In this document: positions 1 to 12,382 of the stretch, one piece after another
Layout of the letters: each line of letters opens with the position of its first letter
Position numbering within the stretch: the first letter of the stretch is position 1
Assembly (NCBI RefSeq): GCF_024521635.1
Contig: NW_026250407.1
Location: 372,001-436,000 of the forward strand
Direction of reading: 5' to 3'
Length of the DNA: 64,000 nt
From: Tricharina praecox
Lineage: Eukaryota
Position numbers and translations under genes: made by a program
Notes under the pieces: generated by a model
Databases searched by the model: none
Told to the model about the DNA's origin: nothing
What the model saw: the letters and a program-made list of their open reading frames with translations, nothing else

Positions 1-835
1 GCGGGCATCCGCTGGGTATAGGATTGTATGCTCATCTCGATCATCTGTCTGCGGGCGGAGAACTGCCGGGTGACTCAATGAGCACCTGGGAGGAACAAAC
101 CTGCTCGCATCGGTGGGGGGAAACGTGCGCCAGTCAACCTTGGCCACCGCAATTCGGAAACTCCGAAGATTCGGATGGTGGTCAGATCCAGATGCCCCCT
201 TCCCTCCCGGGGAACAAGTGCGCACAGTTGGTTGGCTGACACCGGAAACCCGACGAGGTTGTTCCTGCCGGGGGGTTTCTTGGAACGTGCACCGTGAGTA
301 ATCCGAAAAGCGGGGGGCTCGGTTTGCCGGGTCTGTTATCGATACGAAGGGCATCTGCGGCCTGGATGCATATTCTCCACGAACACCACCACGCTGTAGG
401 TGGCGGGTGAGTCCTTACCAGCCTCCATCCGCCCGGATCCGTGATGTCGAGTGAGTGCAAGGACGAGTGTCAGCTGCTGCGAGATATTAATCGTTCGAAC
501 CGAACGCGGGGTCCACCTGTGGCTAAGGATAGCATATTTTGTACCTGGGGATGAGGTGAGGTAACAGGTTGCATTGGCGATCCATGGATGGAGGACGGGT
601 TGCAACTGGAGTCTTGACAGGGTATCGTATCGTGGCCAGTGTTCCCACGAGCCGAGCGCCGCCGCCGTTGCGATCGGCCCGTAGTTAAGTCTGTGTCACC
701 ACCGTATCGCAACTCTACACCTGCATGCACAGAGAGCTTATTGTAGCTGGACAAACAGCTATTGGACGACTAAACAACTAACAACGTGAAGATCTCATTG
801 CTGAGTGCCTCGTTCAAGTCGACCGGCCGAGTGGA

Positions 836-843
836 TATAAAAG
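836..843 (+). promoter_or_regulatory. TATA box of the small secreted protein gene
   Basis: TATAAAAG about 120 nt upstream of the ATG at 959, followed by a C/A-rich 5' UTR-like stretch. Confidence 0.55.
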
Positions 844-958
844 CGAACCACTACCTCCCCATCCAAAGGTACATCTTCACCCAGCTCGCTCCCGTCCTTC
901 ACAGCAACTCCTAGAGCCCACTCACATAATCCAAAGCTCCACCTCCAAAACCGCAATC

Positions 959-1637
959 ATGAAGACCTCCAGCATCCTCTCCGCCCTCTTCCTCGCTGCC
1001 GCCGCCAGCGCCGCGCCCATGCCACAGGAGGAGGATGGCTGCATCCTCCCGCAGGTCATCTACAGCACGCTGGATTACGAGTTCAAGCTTGTAGCCGCCA
1101 ACTCCGGCGACGCCTCGATCGACGGCAAGACGCTCTCGTTCGTGCCTACCGGGGCCGCCGCCACCTACGATGTTGGCATCCACGCCGCGGGCACACCGAT
1201 CAACACCACGCTCGTCGACAACAACCTGATCCTCGACGTCGGTTCGGGCATCAAGGCCTACATCGTCACCCCCCGCGACAAGCCTGCGTTCCGCGAGATC
1301 GAGTTCTCGTCGGCCGCCACCGCCATCCCCGCCACGTACGAGGCGTACCCGGCGTGCATCGACGGCACCGGCGAGATCGTCATCAGGCCGTCGGGCGATG
1401 ATGATGGACAGGGTTCGTAATCCCCACTCCTGCGCATGAGGGATGTTACTGATGATGTGATAGTGTTCTGCGTCCACCCCGTCGCGGATAGTGCGACCGA
1501 ATACGGCCTGTGGGTCAAGGGCGATGGCTCGTGTACGTCTTCTATCCATCCGATTACCCCTTCCTAAATTATCTGCTAACCTCCGGCCTTTAGCTCCCGC
1601 TTGCATCGAGATCACGGTGGTGGCAATCCAGGAGTAA
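959..1637 (+). CDS. Small secreted protein of unknown function (3 exons, 4 Cys)
   Basis: Signal peptide MKTSSILSALFLAAAASA; ORF 959-1420 continues in frame through two short GT-AG introns (GTTCGT..GATAG, GTACGT..CTAAC..TTTAG) to ...ACIEITVVAIQE* (TAA 1635-1637). Confidence 0.8.
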
Positions 1638-2492
1638 GGGACAATACTCAAACAACTGGCAACAAAACAACGAATATTCAAGTGCTTGTACCTAATGCTT
1701 GTACCTGCTTGATCTCTCTGGCTACTGCTGTATAGCCTCCTATTAGTCTTTCATCTTAATGTTTATGTATTCGGAATGGAATGAAAATAATTTCTCGATG
1801 ATAATGCTACCTATTGGTTTCCGGAACATGCGAGTACCAAACACAATGGCCAAGTGAACAGCGAAACACAGCGGAATTGCCGGGCACATTGAAAACGCTT
1901 GTGACCTGTTACCTATGAAACGCTCGCTTCGCCCGCTGTATCTGTCTTTCCAGCTCTTTGCTCACAGTTTTTGAATAACGGTTCTTATGTAGTCAGTCGG
2001 CCAGGCCAATTGCCTGTAGGTATCATTTTTCAATTTCCCCGCCAGTCTTTCTTCGACTGGTCCATTCAAGGCGGTCCCACCCGTAGCCCGTGGGCCTCAC
2101 GGGCAACGATCAAAATCTGGCTGGTTTATTGGTGGAGTGATAATACGTGACCGGAACGAAAACACCGAGTGAGCAGGAGGCAATGTTGCACAATTCTGGG
2201 CTTAGCTGCCTCCCAGGGGGGAACCAGAAAAGGACTAATGTATATGTACAAGCTTCGTGATGGGTGCTCCTGTAGATTTAAATTTCCCCGAGTCCCAACA
2301 TGAATCTTCATTGTTTTGCCCTGGGCATGGATGAGATCCCATGACCGGGCTTCACGTGTCGTGGGCGGGGCGGGTGGGGCTCGGCTTGGCGAACGCGGGG
2401 CAAGCCACCAGCGGAGTCCCAGCTCGAGTCATTCAGCCCACCAGATACCCCTGCATCCTCCTGCACCGCCCATCTTTCACCAATCCGCCGCC

Positions 2493-3766
2493 ATGACGGA
2501 ACCATCCTTCTCGCTGCTCGCGCTGCTCAAAAAGATCTCGACGAAAGCTTCGGCCGTAACTGCCGACGAAGTCACCGACGCCATCACGCGCATCTCGCAG
2601 AACCAATGCTCGCCCGTCCAGACCGGCGCGTTGCTCACCGCAATGCACTATACCGGGCTCGACATGAGGGCGGATGTCATCGCGGGTGCGGCGAAGGCGA
2701 TGCGTGCAGCCGGGATCAAGATCGAGGGGCTGAAGGTGCATCCCCGCGGAGAGGGAGTGGGAGAGGGAGAGGGAGTGGGCACGTATCGCGGTGGACTGGT
2801 CGACATTGTCGGCACCGGCGGCGATGGGCATGATACGTTCAATGTTTCCACGACTGCGGCGATTGTGGCGAGTGGATGCGGAATCCGGATTTGTAGGTTC
2901 TACTGTGGTCCGTGGGAGCCCGCGTGCTGATATCAGGGTAAGGCAAGCATGGCTCGAAGGCGTCTACCTCCTCCTCCGGCAGCGCGGATATCCTCACCTC
3001 GCTCGGCGCGTCGCTGGCTTCCGTCACCGCGCCAGTGGTCTCCGAGTACTACTCTACCGCATCGCACCCCGCCAGCAGCTTCTGCTTCCTTTTCGCACCG
3101 GTGTACCACCCGGCGATGGCACATATCGCACCCATCAGACGCGAACTCGGCTGCAGGACTATCTTCAACGTTCTGGGACCGCTGATTAATCCGATCGATT
3201 ACTCGCACCCAGAAGGACTGGAGGCGAGGATTCTGGGAGTCGGCCGACAGGAGTTGGGGAGGGTGTATGCTGAGACGCTGCGGCTGCTCGGCGTGAAGAA
3301 GGCGTTGGTGGTGTGCGGTGAGGAACAGCTGGATGAAATCTCGCCGGAGGGATATACCAACTGCTGGAGACTCGTGGAGGGCACGGATGGAGAAATTGGG
3401 ATACAGGAGTTTAGGATTCATCCTACGGAGACATTTGGGCTGCAGACGCACCCGCTGACGGACGTGGCTGGTGGGAAGGGGCCGGGCGAGAATGCCGAGA
3501 TTCTGAAGAGGTTGCTCCAAGGAAAGATGCCGAAGGGGGACCCGATCATGGACTTTGTACTTTGCAATGCGGCAGCGTTGGTGGCCGTTACCGGCGTGGT
3601 GGGGGGCGTCGAGAAGCTGGGCGCGGATGGGATCATGAGGGGCTCTCTGTGGAAGAACGCAGTGGAGACGGCGATGGAGGGGATTATGAGCGGGCAGAGC
3701 TCGCGGAGTTGGGAGAGGTTTGTGGAGGTCTCGAGACGTGCTTCGGAAGCGCAGCTGACTGCGTAG
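2493..3766 (+). CDS. TRP4: Anthranilate phosphoribosyltransferase
   Basis: Motifs DIVGTGGDGHDTFNVST, KHGSKASTSSSGSAD, FLFAPVYHPAM, RTIFNVLGPLINP, LDEISP; one intron 2893-2942 joins the two ORF-track pieces. Confidence 0.95.
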
Positions 3767-4240
3767 AAATCGAGCTGTCATGTCGCGCTGCCATGTCGTG
3801 CTGCCATGTCGTGTCATGCAAATCAGCTCTCTCCTCCAATCGTCGTCGATGTTGGCTGCTGACGTAACCGCTTCACACGTCTCGTGTCGTCTCAGCCGTG
3901 CGGTTGGCTCGCTTTTGCGTGATTGCAGCTGGCAGCGCCGCGCAGCTAGCCGTGTTCTCCCTAGTCCCGTCCAACCCAACCTTACAGCTCATCACCAGTG
4001 AACTTCAGCTGCAGCTGTCTATCCGCCTAGGTAAGGTACAAATGTAGTATCCTCCCCAGTGCGCCCAACAGCCCCTCCTCATCTCGCGGCTGCTGTCCTG
4101 TATCCTATATCCTACTCTGCATCCCGTATCCTGCATCCCGTACTGTATCCCGTATCCCATACTCCATCGTTTACCCATATATGTCCTGCAACTGTAACTG
4201 CTTCGGAAACCGCAATCGTCCCCCTCCAGCCGCCGTCGCG

Positions 4241-5653
4241 ATGCCTTTAACACTCCGAAATCTGACTTCGATGGTCATAAAAATCACCAAGACCTCTCGG
4301 TTCCCCGCCCCCGCGTCGGCCAAAGGCGTGCCCATAACGGCCGGAAACTTCACAAACATCCCGAACCTTGCCAACAACTTCACCTCTCTCATCCGTCGCT
4401 CCACGATATCCACCGTGCTCCCGCTCAAGGAGCCGACAGCCAAAGAACTCGCTGAGAACGCCACTGCGTTCGAGGCCCATGATGCATCGATCGAGATCCA
4501 ACCCTACTCCGCGTCAGATACGGGCGTCGATCTCGGGGCGGAGGGCGTGATCCTGCGGCTAGAGTTCGAAGCCTCCGGGCGGCGCTTCCGAGTGGACCTG
4601 GTTGACCGGCGCGAGCTCACGCCACTCCCGCTCGGCGACGTAGGCGAAATCCGTCTCGTAGCAGTCTTCCACCGTTTACGCAGCCACCTCGCGCTGGTAT
4701 CCAGCGCGGCGCTCAACAATTGGATGTCGAAGCTGCGGGACGGCGTCGCGCTCGGCGCCCTGAGCATGCCGGGCACACACAACGCGCCGACGTGCTACAC
4801 TGCGCTCCCCAGCGTCCGCTGCCAGGCCGTCGACATCACCGCGCAGCTCGAGAACGGCGTGCGGTTCCTCGACATCCGGGCGCAGCCCGACGGGCCGGGC
4901 GGGCGCGAGCTGACGCTCGTACACGCGCAATTCCCGATCGCACTCAACGGCCCCAAGCGCCTCGCGGCGGTAATGCAGGAGTGCTACGACTTCCTGGCGC
5001 GCAATCCGAGCGAGTGCGTGGTCGTGTCGCTGAAGCGCGAGGGCCGCGCGGGGACCAACGACGAGGAGTTCAGTCGGCTGATCAAGGCCGAGGTTGTCGA
5101 GCGGCAGCGCGAGCGCTGGTTCGTCGAGCCGGTGATCCCCACGCTTGGCGCCGCGCGTGGAAAGTGCATCCTCTTCAGAAGGTACCATATCGACGAGGCG
5201 CTGAAGGCCGAGCACGGCGGCCGCGGATACGGCATCAACGCAGAAACGTGGACGTATAACACCCCGAACGATACCATCTTTGCCGGCAACATCTGCGTGC
5301 AGGACTTCAGCGAGGTGCTGGAGACCACAAACATCTCGACCAAGATCGGATACGTCAAGGAGCACCTCGAGCGCAGCGTGGCCGGCATCGCCGCCGCCGG
5401 AAGGGAGGGCAGACAGCCGCCGCTGTTCGTCAACTTCCTCAGTGCGGCGAATTTCTGGCGCATGGGCACGTGGCCGGATCGTATCGCCGCAAAGATCAAT
5501 CCGGCAATCACGGAGCATCTGGCGATAGATCATAGAGTTGAGGGCGGCAACGCCGGGACCGGCATAGTGATTACGGATTTTATGGGCGAGGATGGGAACT
5601 GGACAATGTTTAGACTGGTGGTGGGGATGAATGGCGGGTTGCTTGTGCAGTGA
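4241..5653 (+). CDS. Phosphatidylinositol-specific phospholipase C, X-domain (bacterial-type PI-PLC / PLC-like phosphodiesterase)
   Basis: LSMPGTHNA, CQ..DITAQLENGVRFLDIR, LVH, PSECVVVSLKREG, PTLGAARGKCIL, VQDF motifs; likely start MPLTLRNLTS at 4241 (ORF is open from 4181). Confidence 0.9.
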   Translation: MPLTLRNLTSMVIKITKTSRFPAPASAKGVPITAGNFTNIPNLANNFTSLIRRSTISTVLPLKEPTAKELAENATAFEAHDASIEIQPYSASDTGVDLGAEGVILRLEFEASGRRFRVDLVDRRELTPLPLGDVGEIRLVAVFHRLRSHLALVSSAALNNWMSKLRDGVALGALSMPGTHNAPTCYTALPSVRCQAVDITAQLENGVRFLDIRAQPDGPGGRELTLVHAQFPIALNGPKRLAAVMQECYDFLARNPSECVVVSLKREGRAGTNDEEFSRLIKAEVVERQRERWFVEPVIPTLGAARGKCILFRRYHIDEALKAEHGGRGYGINAETWTYNTPNDTIFAGNICVQDFSEVLETTNISTKIGYVKEHLERSVAGIAAAGREGRQPPLFVNFLSAANFWRMGTWPDRIAAKINPAITEHLAIDHRVEGGNAGTGIVITDFMGEDGNWTMFRLVVGMNGGLLVQ

Positions 5654-6271
5654 GATGAGTAGCAGCCTGTGTGTTATATACGAGTACTTATTGGGAGGTA
5701 TACACGGTGCTTATTTTTTTATGGTCTATGATAATGATTGTGTTCGGGGATAAAATTTTGCCTCTTCTGTACGGAGTTCGAGATGGAGGGCCCGACCTGT
5801 ACTTTAGTATCGCCGAGAAATGTGGGGGACGTACATACTCTACAGCATACTTGCCATGTCTCTATTGATGCTGACAGTCAAGTGACAATACATGCATGCG
5901 GGCATCTGTCTTCTTCCTACATACCTAATCCATCCATCCTTCAACATCTCATCCTCATCCTCATCTCATATCCCAAACACAAACCCAACCGAATCATTCA
6001 TCAGCAGCGTATCTTCCTAGTCCACATCAAACCCATACCAAAACAGAGATATCCGTCCATCCATCATGTACCGTGCCTTGCAATAAACAGAAACAAGAAA
6101 CGAACGAGGAGGAAAAAAAAGGAGAAGTAGAATAGAAATCAAGCGAGAGAATGTAGTGAATGATGATCATCAATAACAGAAATACAACAAAAAAAGCGAG
6201 GGTCAATAACTCCAAACCACCATGCATTCAAAACATCTATCCTATTATCCTCGGCAGTTGCTGCTGCAATA

Positions 6272-7474
6272 CTACGCATCCCTCGGGGGTGTTGGTGGCG
6301 CACCCGCCGTCTTCGCTCTCGGCTCGCCCATCGTCGTCGTCGTCGTCGTCGTTGGCAGCCCCAGCCCCAGCCCCATGCTAATAGCAGCAGCATCGATGCT
6401 TTCGACCTGTCTCAGTTTACTGGAGAACGGAGGCTTAGAACTCGGCAGAACATCGCCTCTAAACATGGAGAACGGACTCATTGTCATGTCCGGACTGCGC
6501 GGACTAAGGGGCAGCGCGAACAGATCCTCCTCCTCCTCTTCCTCGACGAGGCCCGGTGGCGCCGGTCGCACCGACGATGTGTTGGGAAAGTGCATGCCCG
6601 TGCTGATCCCTAGGCCGGTGAACGGGTCCATGACTGCCGACTCCTCCTCCTTCGGCGACGGCTTGGACGTGAGGAATTTCTCGACTACCCATACCTGCTC
6701 TTCGCCCACCATCCACCCCTCCCGGCGCACCGCCTCCTCATCCATGCCTCCACCCTCGACGCCGACCTTCAGGCGGCCCTTGGTGGTCCCGCGGGAGCCT
6801 TCGAGCTCGAGCTCGTTAGCAATATCCTGCAGCGCCTTGAGGTCCTCGAGGCGCTTCGTCGACCATGCCGTGTGCAGCGCCGCCGTTCCTTGTTCGGAGG
6901 GGGGGCCGTAATGGCCCTCGGGGATCTCAGCGAGGAGGGTAGGAGGGGTGTTTGGAGGGGTCCACGTAGGAATGAAGAATATCCTGACGGAGCTCGGGAC
7001 GGGCGTCGCATCGGCGAGGAGAAACAGCACCTCCGTCTTTTTCGAGACGCTACTACTGTCAGAGAGGATATGTTCCGGGGCCTGAACGACCGGACGAGCC
7101 GCAAAGAACGTCGGCAGATCGTCCTGCAGTTCCCCAAGATTGGGGCCGTTCTCGAATTCCAGGAGGCGCGCGGTGGAGAGCGGGCCGGTGGGGATGGGCT
7201 CGTCGGCTCGCGCGGCATCGCGGAGCTTGCTTAACGACGGGTTGCTGGCTTCGCTGCTCGCCCGCTCTTTTTGCAGTGCAGCGTACCCGCCTTGCGCTCC
7301 GGGCGCGCTCTGCACGTCCTCCGGAAGCTCCGGGTACATGTCGTCCCACTCGACGAGCCACTCCCCGTCAATCTCGATCTTCTCGTCCGCGAGCTCCCAT
7401 GCCACGCAGATGACCTTGGATGCTTTCGTGGTCTCAATCGTCACTCGAGCATTGGAGAGTTCTGGGGCACTCAT
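6272..7474 (-). CDS. Hypothetical protein, 400 aa, acidic and Ser/Pro-rich C-terminus
   Basis: Long uninterrupted ORF with coding-like GC3; motif DLFALPLSPRSPDMTMSPFS; family not recognised. Confidence 0.7.
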   Translation of the reverse strand: MSAPELSNARVTIETTKASKVICVAWELADEKIEIDGEWLVEWDDMYPELPEDVQSAPGAQGGYAALQKERASSEASNPSLSKLRDAARADEPIPTGPLSTARLLEFENGPNLGELQDDLPTFFAARPVVQAPEHILSDSSSVSKKTEVLFLLADATPVPSSVRIFFIPTWTPPNTPPTLLAEIPEGHYGPPSEQGTAALHTAWSTKRLEDLKALQDIANELELEGSRGTTKGRLKVGVEGGGMDEEAVRREGWMVGEEQVWVVEKFLTSKPSPKEEESAVMDPFTGLGISTGMHFPNTSSVRPAPPGLVEEEEEEDLFALPLSPRSPDMTMSPFSMFRGDVLPSSKPPFSSKLRQVESIDAAAISMGLGLGLPTTTTTTTMGEPRAKTAGAPPTPPRDA

Positions 7475-9237
7475 TTTGATTCGTTTTCCCGTTGAGGAGC
7501 TAAAGCGCCGGGCAGGCGGGGTGGGAGGATGGGGGCGAGGTGGGGCGGAGGGGCAATGGTGTTTTTATACGATGGGCGTGGAGACGAAGAACCGATCAAG
7601 CATGCACGTTAAGGCGGAGATGCGTTTCGTTGGGTATTCTGTGGACAGCAATGGATCGGTTTAGGTATGTAAAACGAAGATGGATGGTACTGAAGGGTTG
7701 AGGAGGTGAGTTCAGATTGGTCGTCGAGCTCGTCCGCGGGGCGTTCTGTGGACGTTGGGGGGCGTTTCACGAGTTGAAGTACAGACAACTATTTTTTCCA
7801 GTCAGCACGACTACATTTCCTCCATTGCCTACGGATTGCTCTCTCTTCGAAAACGATATCCAGAAGAGGGGGGGGCGGGGAGAGGGAAGCGGGGAGGCTC
7901 AAACGCGGAGAGCGTGAGGGCGGAGGGGCAAATGGGAGGAGGTGGGGGGGGCAGGGGCGTACCCCTCCATCAAATACCGGCAGCAATCAGGGGGCAGCAC
8001 CGTTTACTATCACTCACCAGAAGAACTAACTACGGCACATGCAGGCGGGCCAAAATAGAAATGTGATGTATGTGGGGGAGTATGTATTCGAGTCTCGAAT
8101 GTGTGGGTCTCCGCAGCGGCGGCGGGCGGGAGGGCGGGAGAACGGGATGGCGGACGTCGGTCAAGGCGGAGGCGGGGGCGGGGCGGGGCAGTTTGATGAG
8201 GGTTGCAGTGTGGGAAGGAGGAAGAGGGAGAGGGGCTGGTGTTGGTGTTGGTGATGAGGCCAGGGTTCGGTCTTGGTGACATGGGGGGAGAATAGTTACT
8301 CGTCTCTAATTATAGCCTCTGCCCTTGTAAGTTGTGTCATGGGGAATTCGAGCCGTTTCTCGGGTAAAAGCTGTGTCCATCTCTCGCTGAAAACGGTGAG
8401 CCTGATCCCTCTTCCGTCCGGGAAGTCGGTTTTAAAGTCCGTGTCTTGGCTTCAGATAAGAATAGATGCTGAATTTGCACATTGCACAATGCACATCTGA
8501 CATCTGTGGCAACTGTCAAGCTCGGGCCGAAAAGACTGGCTTGATGTTCCGGTTCTCCGTCAAGGTTCTAGATAAACTCTTTTGGCCGTTGTAACCGTGA
8601 CGGGATATATAGCAAGTATGGACCCTGGGGTCTGGGCCGAGGCCACCAGGGTTTCTGACAAACCTACTTTACCGTTGGTGGATGACCGCCAGTCGGTAGC
8701 TTGCAGCCGAACCATGACAAGAATCTTACTTACGTAATTCACCCACACTCGTACATGGGAGAGCACTCGACTGCACTGTGAGCACCCGTGTTGGTTTGGT
8801 AATGAATATGGAGGTGAGCGAAGGACCATCATAAGGAACCTTATTTTGGACTGCCACCGAGAACGATGACGTGCAGCTGTGGATTACCGTAAGAAAAAGC
8901 AAATAGCATTTGAAAGCACGTGCAATGTTCGCATCTCAATCTTATTCCTTAGGCTCAAGCTTGCGACCATCCACCGCACTCGTCCAACGTCAATCATCAA
9001 TTACACCCCGAAACCCCACACGCAAGAATATAGACACAAGAACTTTTCATTCACGATTTCTGTTGTACCGTTCCCATCACTTCTAGAATTCAAAGTACCT
9101 GTGATGTTTAGCAAAGCATGTTTCAAAAGCAGAATTCCACCGAAAAAGCGAACAAGCCACTACCCTGGCCCTCCACAAAAAATTCAAATCCCCATTTACC
9201 GCCATTTCTTACAAATCTGGTAGTAATCTGGTCGCGG

Positions 9238-11553
9238 TTAATAGAACCTGCCCTTCTTAGAGCTTGGTCCGTGGTAGGGAGGAGGAGGCGGCATGCGGTG
9301 ATCAGCAAGCGGGGGAGGAGGCGGCATGCGGTGATCAGCAGGCGGGGGAGGAGGCGGCATGCGGTTATCAGTAGGAGGAGGGGGAGGCGGCATGCGGTGA
9401 TCAGCTGGTGGAGGTGGGGGCGGCATGCGAGAATGCATAGCGGGAGGGGGAGGCTGCGGCATGCCGTAATTGACAACGAGTGGAGGCGGCATGGGGTGGT
9501 TAGGAAGGCGAGGCTGAGAAGGTCCACCATAATGGTTGTGTGCTCCATACGGAGTATGTGCTCCTAGCAGAGGAGGGGGTGGCGGGAAAGACAATCCATG
9601 ACGCATGTGCTGGGAAGGAGGAGGCCGAGCCGAGTGGTAACTCTGCTGGGCCATTTGGACGTTCAATCCGGGGCGGTAGTAGTCTCCTGTGTTGACTCTC
9701 ATATCGTTCGTTGGGGCAGAGATTGGGTTGAATGGGGGGACCCACTGACTGCCCTGGGCTCCACGCGGGTCGTCCTGCTGCTGCGACGGCATCTCCTGTT
9801 GGAACTGCGGTCTCTGTGGCATCTGCTGGTGCCACGGGGCCTCAGTAGGCTTCTGACCACGAGGACCAGTAGGAGGAACGTTGTTGCCATCCGTGAAGTC
9901 CAAGCGGCGGGGTGGCTGCTGTTGCCATGGCGCCGGAGCACCAGTCGGACGGGGATCCCAAGGCCTCGAACCACCGCTGCGGCCAACTCCCTGTCCATCC
10001 TCGATCAAGGCAAGGGGCCGATAGGTATTAGTAGTTGATACAGGAGCTGACCCTCCAAGCTCCAGCATGAGGGACTATGCGGTGTTAGATCTACCACTTG
10101 TGAGAGAAGAGGGACACGAACCTCGTATTCCTTGTCAACGTGGTCACCTTCCTTGCCGGAGTCTGGCCTGCTAGGATTTCTCCAATCCGAGCCCCTCGGG
10201 CGATCACGACAGTCTCGAGCGTAATGACCGCTGTTGCCACATACCCTGCAAACGACGGACGAAATAATATTCTTTTTCTCCGAACAGTCGTATTTGCGGT
10301 GGCCAAGCTCCCCACCTCGAGTTGCTGTCAGATTGCAGTCCCACCGTTCACTGGAAAGAATGGAAGGTTCACATACAGTTTTGGCATGGAGTACCCTCAT
10401 CATCACGAAGGGTTCCGTTCAGCGTTGCAAGCAAGCGAAGTTGATGTCTCTTCAGGTCGTTCTTTTGTTCCGGCACGGAAGCAGCCTGTTGATTCGAGGG
10501 ATTAGTATGGAGCCGCCGGGGAAGTCAAGGATCACGTACTGTTTCAATGACTTCATGGATCAACTTCTTAGCTTTCGCAACATTGAGTTCGTTATCCGAT
10601 ATGATCAAACAGTGAAGATCCTCGTCCAAGTTCGAATCCATCGCCCTATCACTGCCTCCTTTCCCTTCCTTTACTGATCCTTTGCCACGAATAGCGATCT
10701 TTGCTCCGGACTTCTGCTCCATTTCCTTGAGTGTGCCGCCACGAGGGCCAATGAGTAATCCAACTTTTGAGAATCAAAGGTTAGTAACGTTCAAAACTCT
10801 GTCACCGATAACACCAAAAAGGGCATAATAGATCTATAGTGTGGGTCAATAGAAGCAAGGGGAAAGGGATCTAAATACTGAAGTTAATTTCTGGATAATC
10901 GTTAACAGGAATATAGACTTTCTCATGCGTCTTTTGGGGACGCCGATAGTCGGGTGGGGCTTTGTAGTTTGGAATTATCCCAGAGGCCCTGTTAATGAGG
11001 TCATGGCGTTCCGTTTCGAGCCTCTTGCGATAGCGGTACTCGCGAGTGTTGACACGCCTACCATGGCCATCATACTGAGGTGGTGGCGAAGGCGAACTAC
11101 CCGAGGTGTTAATGCGTACTACAACACTTGGGATCATCAAAAAGAGATTGGAGTTAAATACCGAAGCCTCTCAATTGGAATGATGTCACCGATCTTGAGC
11201 TTCTGGGTAATTTCCATAATGCGCACATGCATCGTATAGGCGTCCAGCTGTTCCGGAGACAGCTTTGCGAAGATTGCAGTAGGCAAGCCTACAAGGTCGG
11301 CCACCTGATTGTTTTCCGCCGCATCACCCCAGCGGTTCCCACGCTTGCGTTTCTTGGGTTCGACGACATCCGGGCGGGAGGAGGGGCGACCGCGTCTATC
11401 CTCGAGCTCCACAGAAATAAGTTTGACATCGGCGTTATTGGTATTCCTCGATTCCTGTAGGGGGAGAGACGTAGATTCGGGGTTCACGCGGCCGAACCGA
11501 CGATTCGAGGCCACAGGGATATTATTGGTTCCTGTAAGCTCTTCACGACGCAT
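9238..11553 (-). CDS. MSL5: Branchpoint-bridging protein / splicing factor SF1 (KH-QUA2, zinc knuckles, Pro-rich tail), multi-exon
   Basis: KRKRGNRWG (ULM), SPSPPPQYDGHGRRVNTRE, IPVNDYPEINF-GLLIGPRG, KSGAKIAIRGKGSVKEGKG, CRVCGNSGHYARDC zinc knuckle, poly-Pro C-terminus. Confidence 0.95.
9278..9430 (-). repeat. Coding 33-bp tandem repeat (MPPPPPPADHR units) in the MSL5 tail
   Basis: GGCGGCATGCGG recurs every 33 nt; translation RMPPPPPP(A/T)D(H/N) about 4-5 times. Confidence 0.85.
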
Positions 11554-11799
11554 GATGAAGCAAGTTGATGGTGAGGGTTTGCGGCGAGGAGGGGTTATGT
11601 ACGGTTAGAAAGGTTGATCGGACGATGGTGGATTTAATAAGATGGAGAGTGGTGTTGACACGAAGAGGAGAGAGAGGGTTGATAGAGGATGGAGGATGGA
11701 GGATGGTGGGGCAGAGGCATCGTGCAACTCACATATGTGGGCTGCCCACGTGACTGGACCAGGCGCTAGCGCTTGATCAGTACAATAGGACGCGCTTAA

Positions 11800-11889
11800 A
11801 TGTCCTTCGAGAAACAACTCCTGGATTGCATCCACAGTCTCCTTAATCGGGGTATCCTCGCCCTGTGCATGGAGGCATGTAATAAACAT
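11800..11889 (-). pseudogene. Short fragment resembling an aldo-keto reductase (AKR7-like)
   Basis: Translation ..CLHAQGEDTPIKETVDAIQELFLEGH resembles the AKR segment YLHxPDxxTPIEETxxAxxELxxEGK; no full ORF around it. Confidence 0.45.
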
Positions 11890-12382
11890 GAACCTATGAT
11901 TCATCAGCTAGCGAGCTAGCTTCCCGCCCCGATATCGGGTCAATTATTGAGAGATGCTTTCGCTATATTCGCACCATTGGATAATCCGACCGACAGCGAT
12001 TAATAATCTGATGATTTATTCCCGGCCTTGGTTTTTTGTTTAATAATTGATTGCTTGCGACCTATCTAAGGAGGTAGATCATGGCAATATACACACATCG
12101 CGTCTTTCCTCTCGGCCTTAGCTCTTGTACTCGAACCATCCAGCAACCGCCTCCGCCAAGAGAAATATCCTGCAAGCCTACCGATTGCACATGCAATGAA
12201 CCACATTGCGCTTTTATCTACGTACATTATATCACTCGCTCACGTGCTCCAACCTCGGAACATCCCGCTTCGCGTACCTACACCATGTACCACACTCTAC
12301 CAGGTAGTTCACGTTCACATGACACGACACGCACCACACCTCCCCTGACACCACCTCACCACGCACCACAAAACCAACCACC

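Noticed and set aside
2943..2960. KHGS instead of KHGN in TRP4
   Set aside because: This position varies among fungal anthranilate phosphoribosyltransferases; all other motifs are intact
2933..5533. Long antisense ORFs over TRP4 and PI-PLC (and similar ones over Het-C, NAR1 and SCS)
   Set aside because: Expected by-product of high GC3 codon usage; no recognisable motifs
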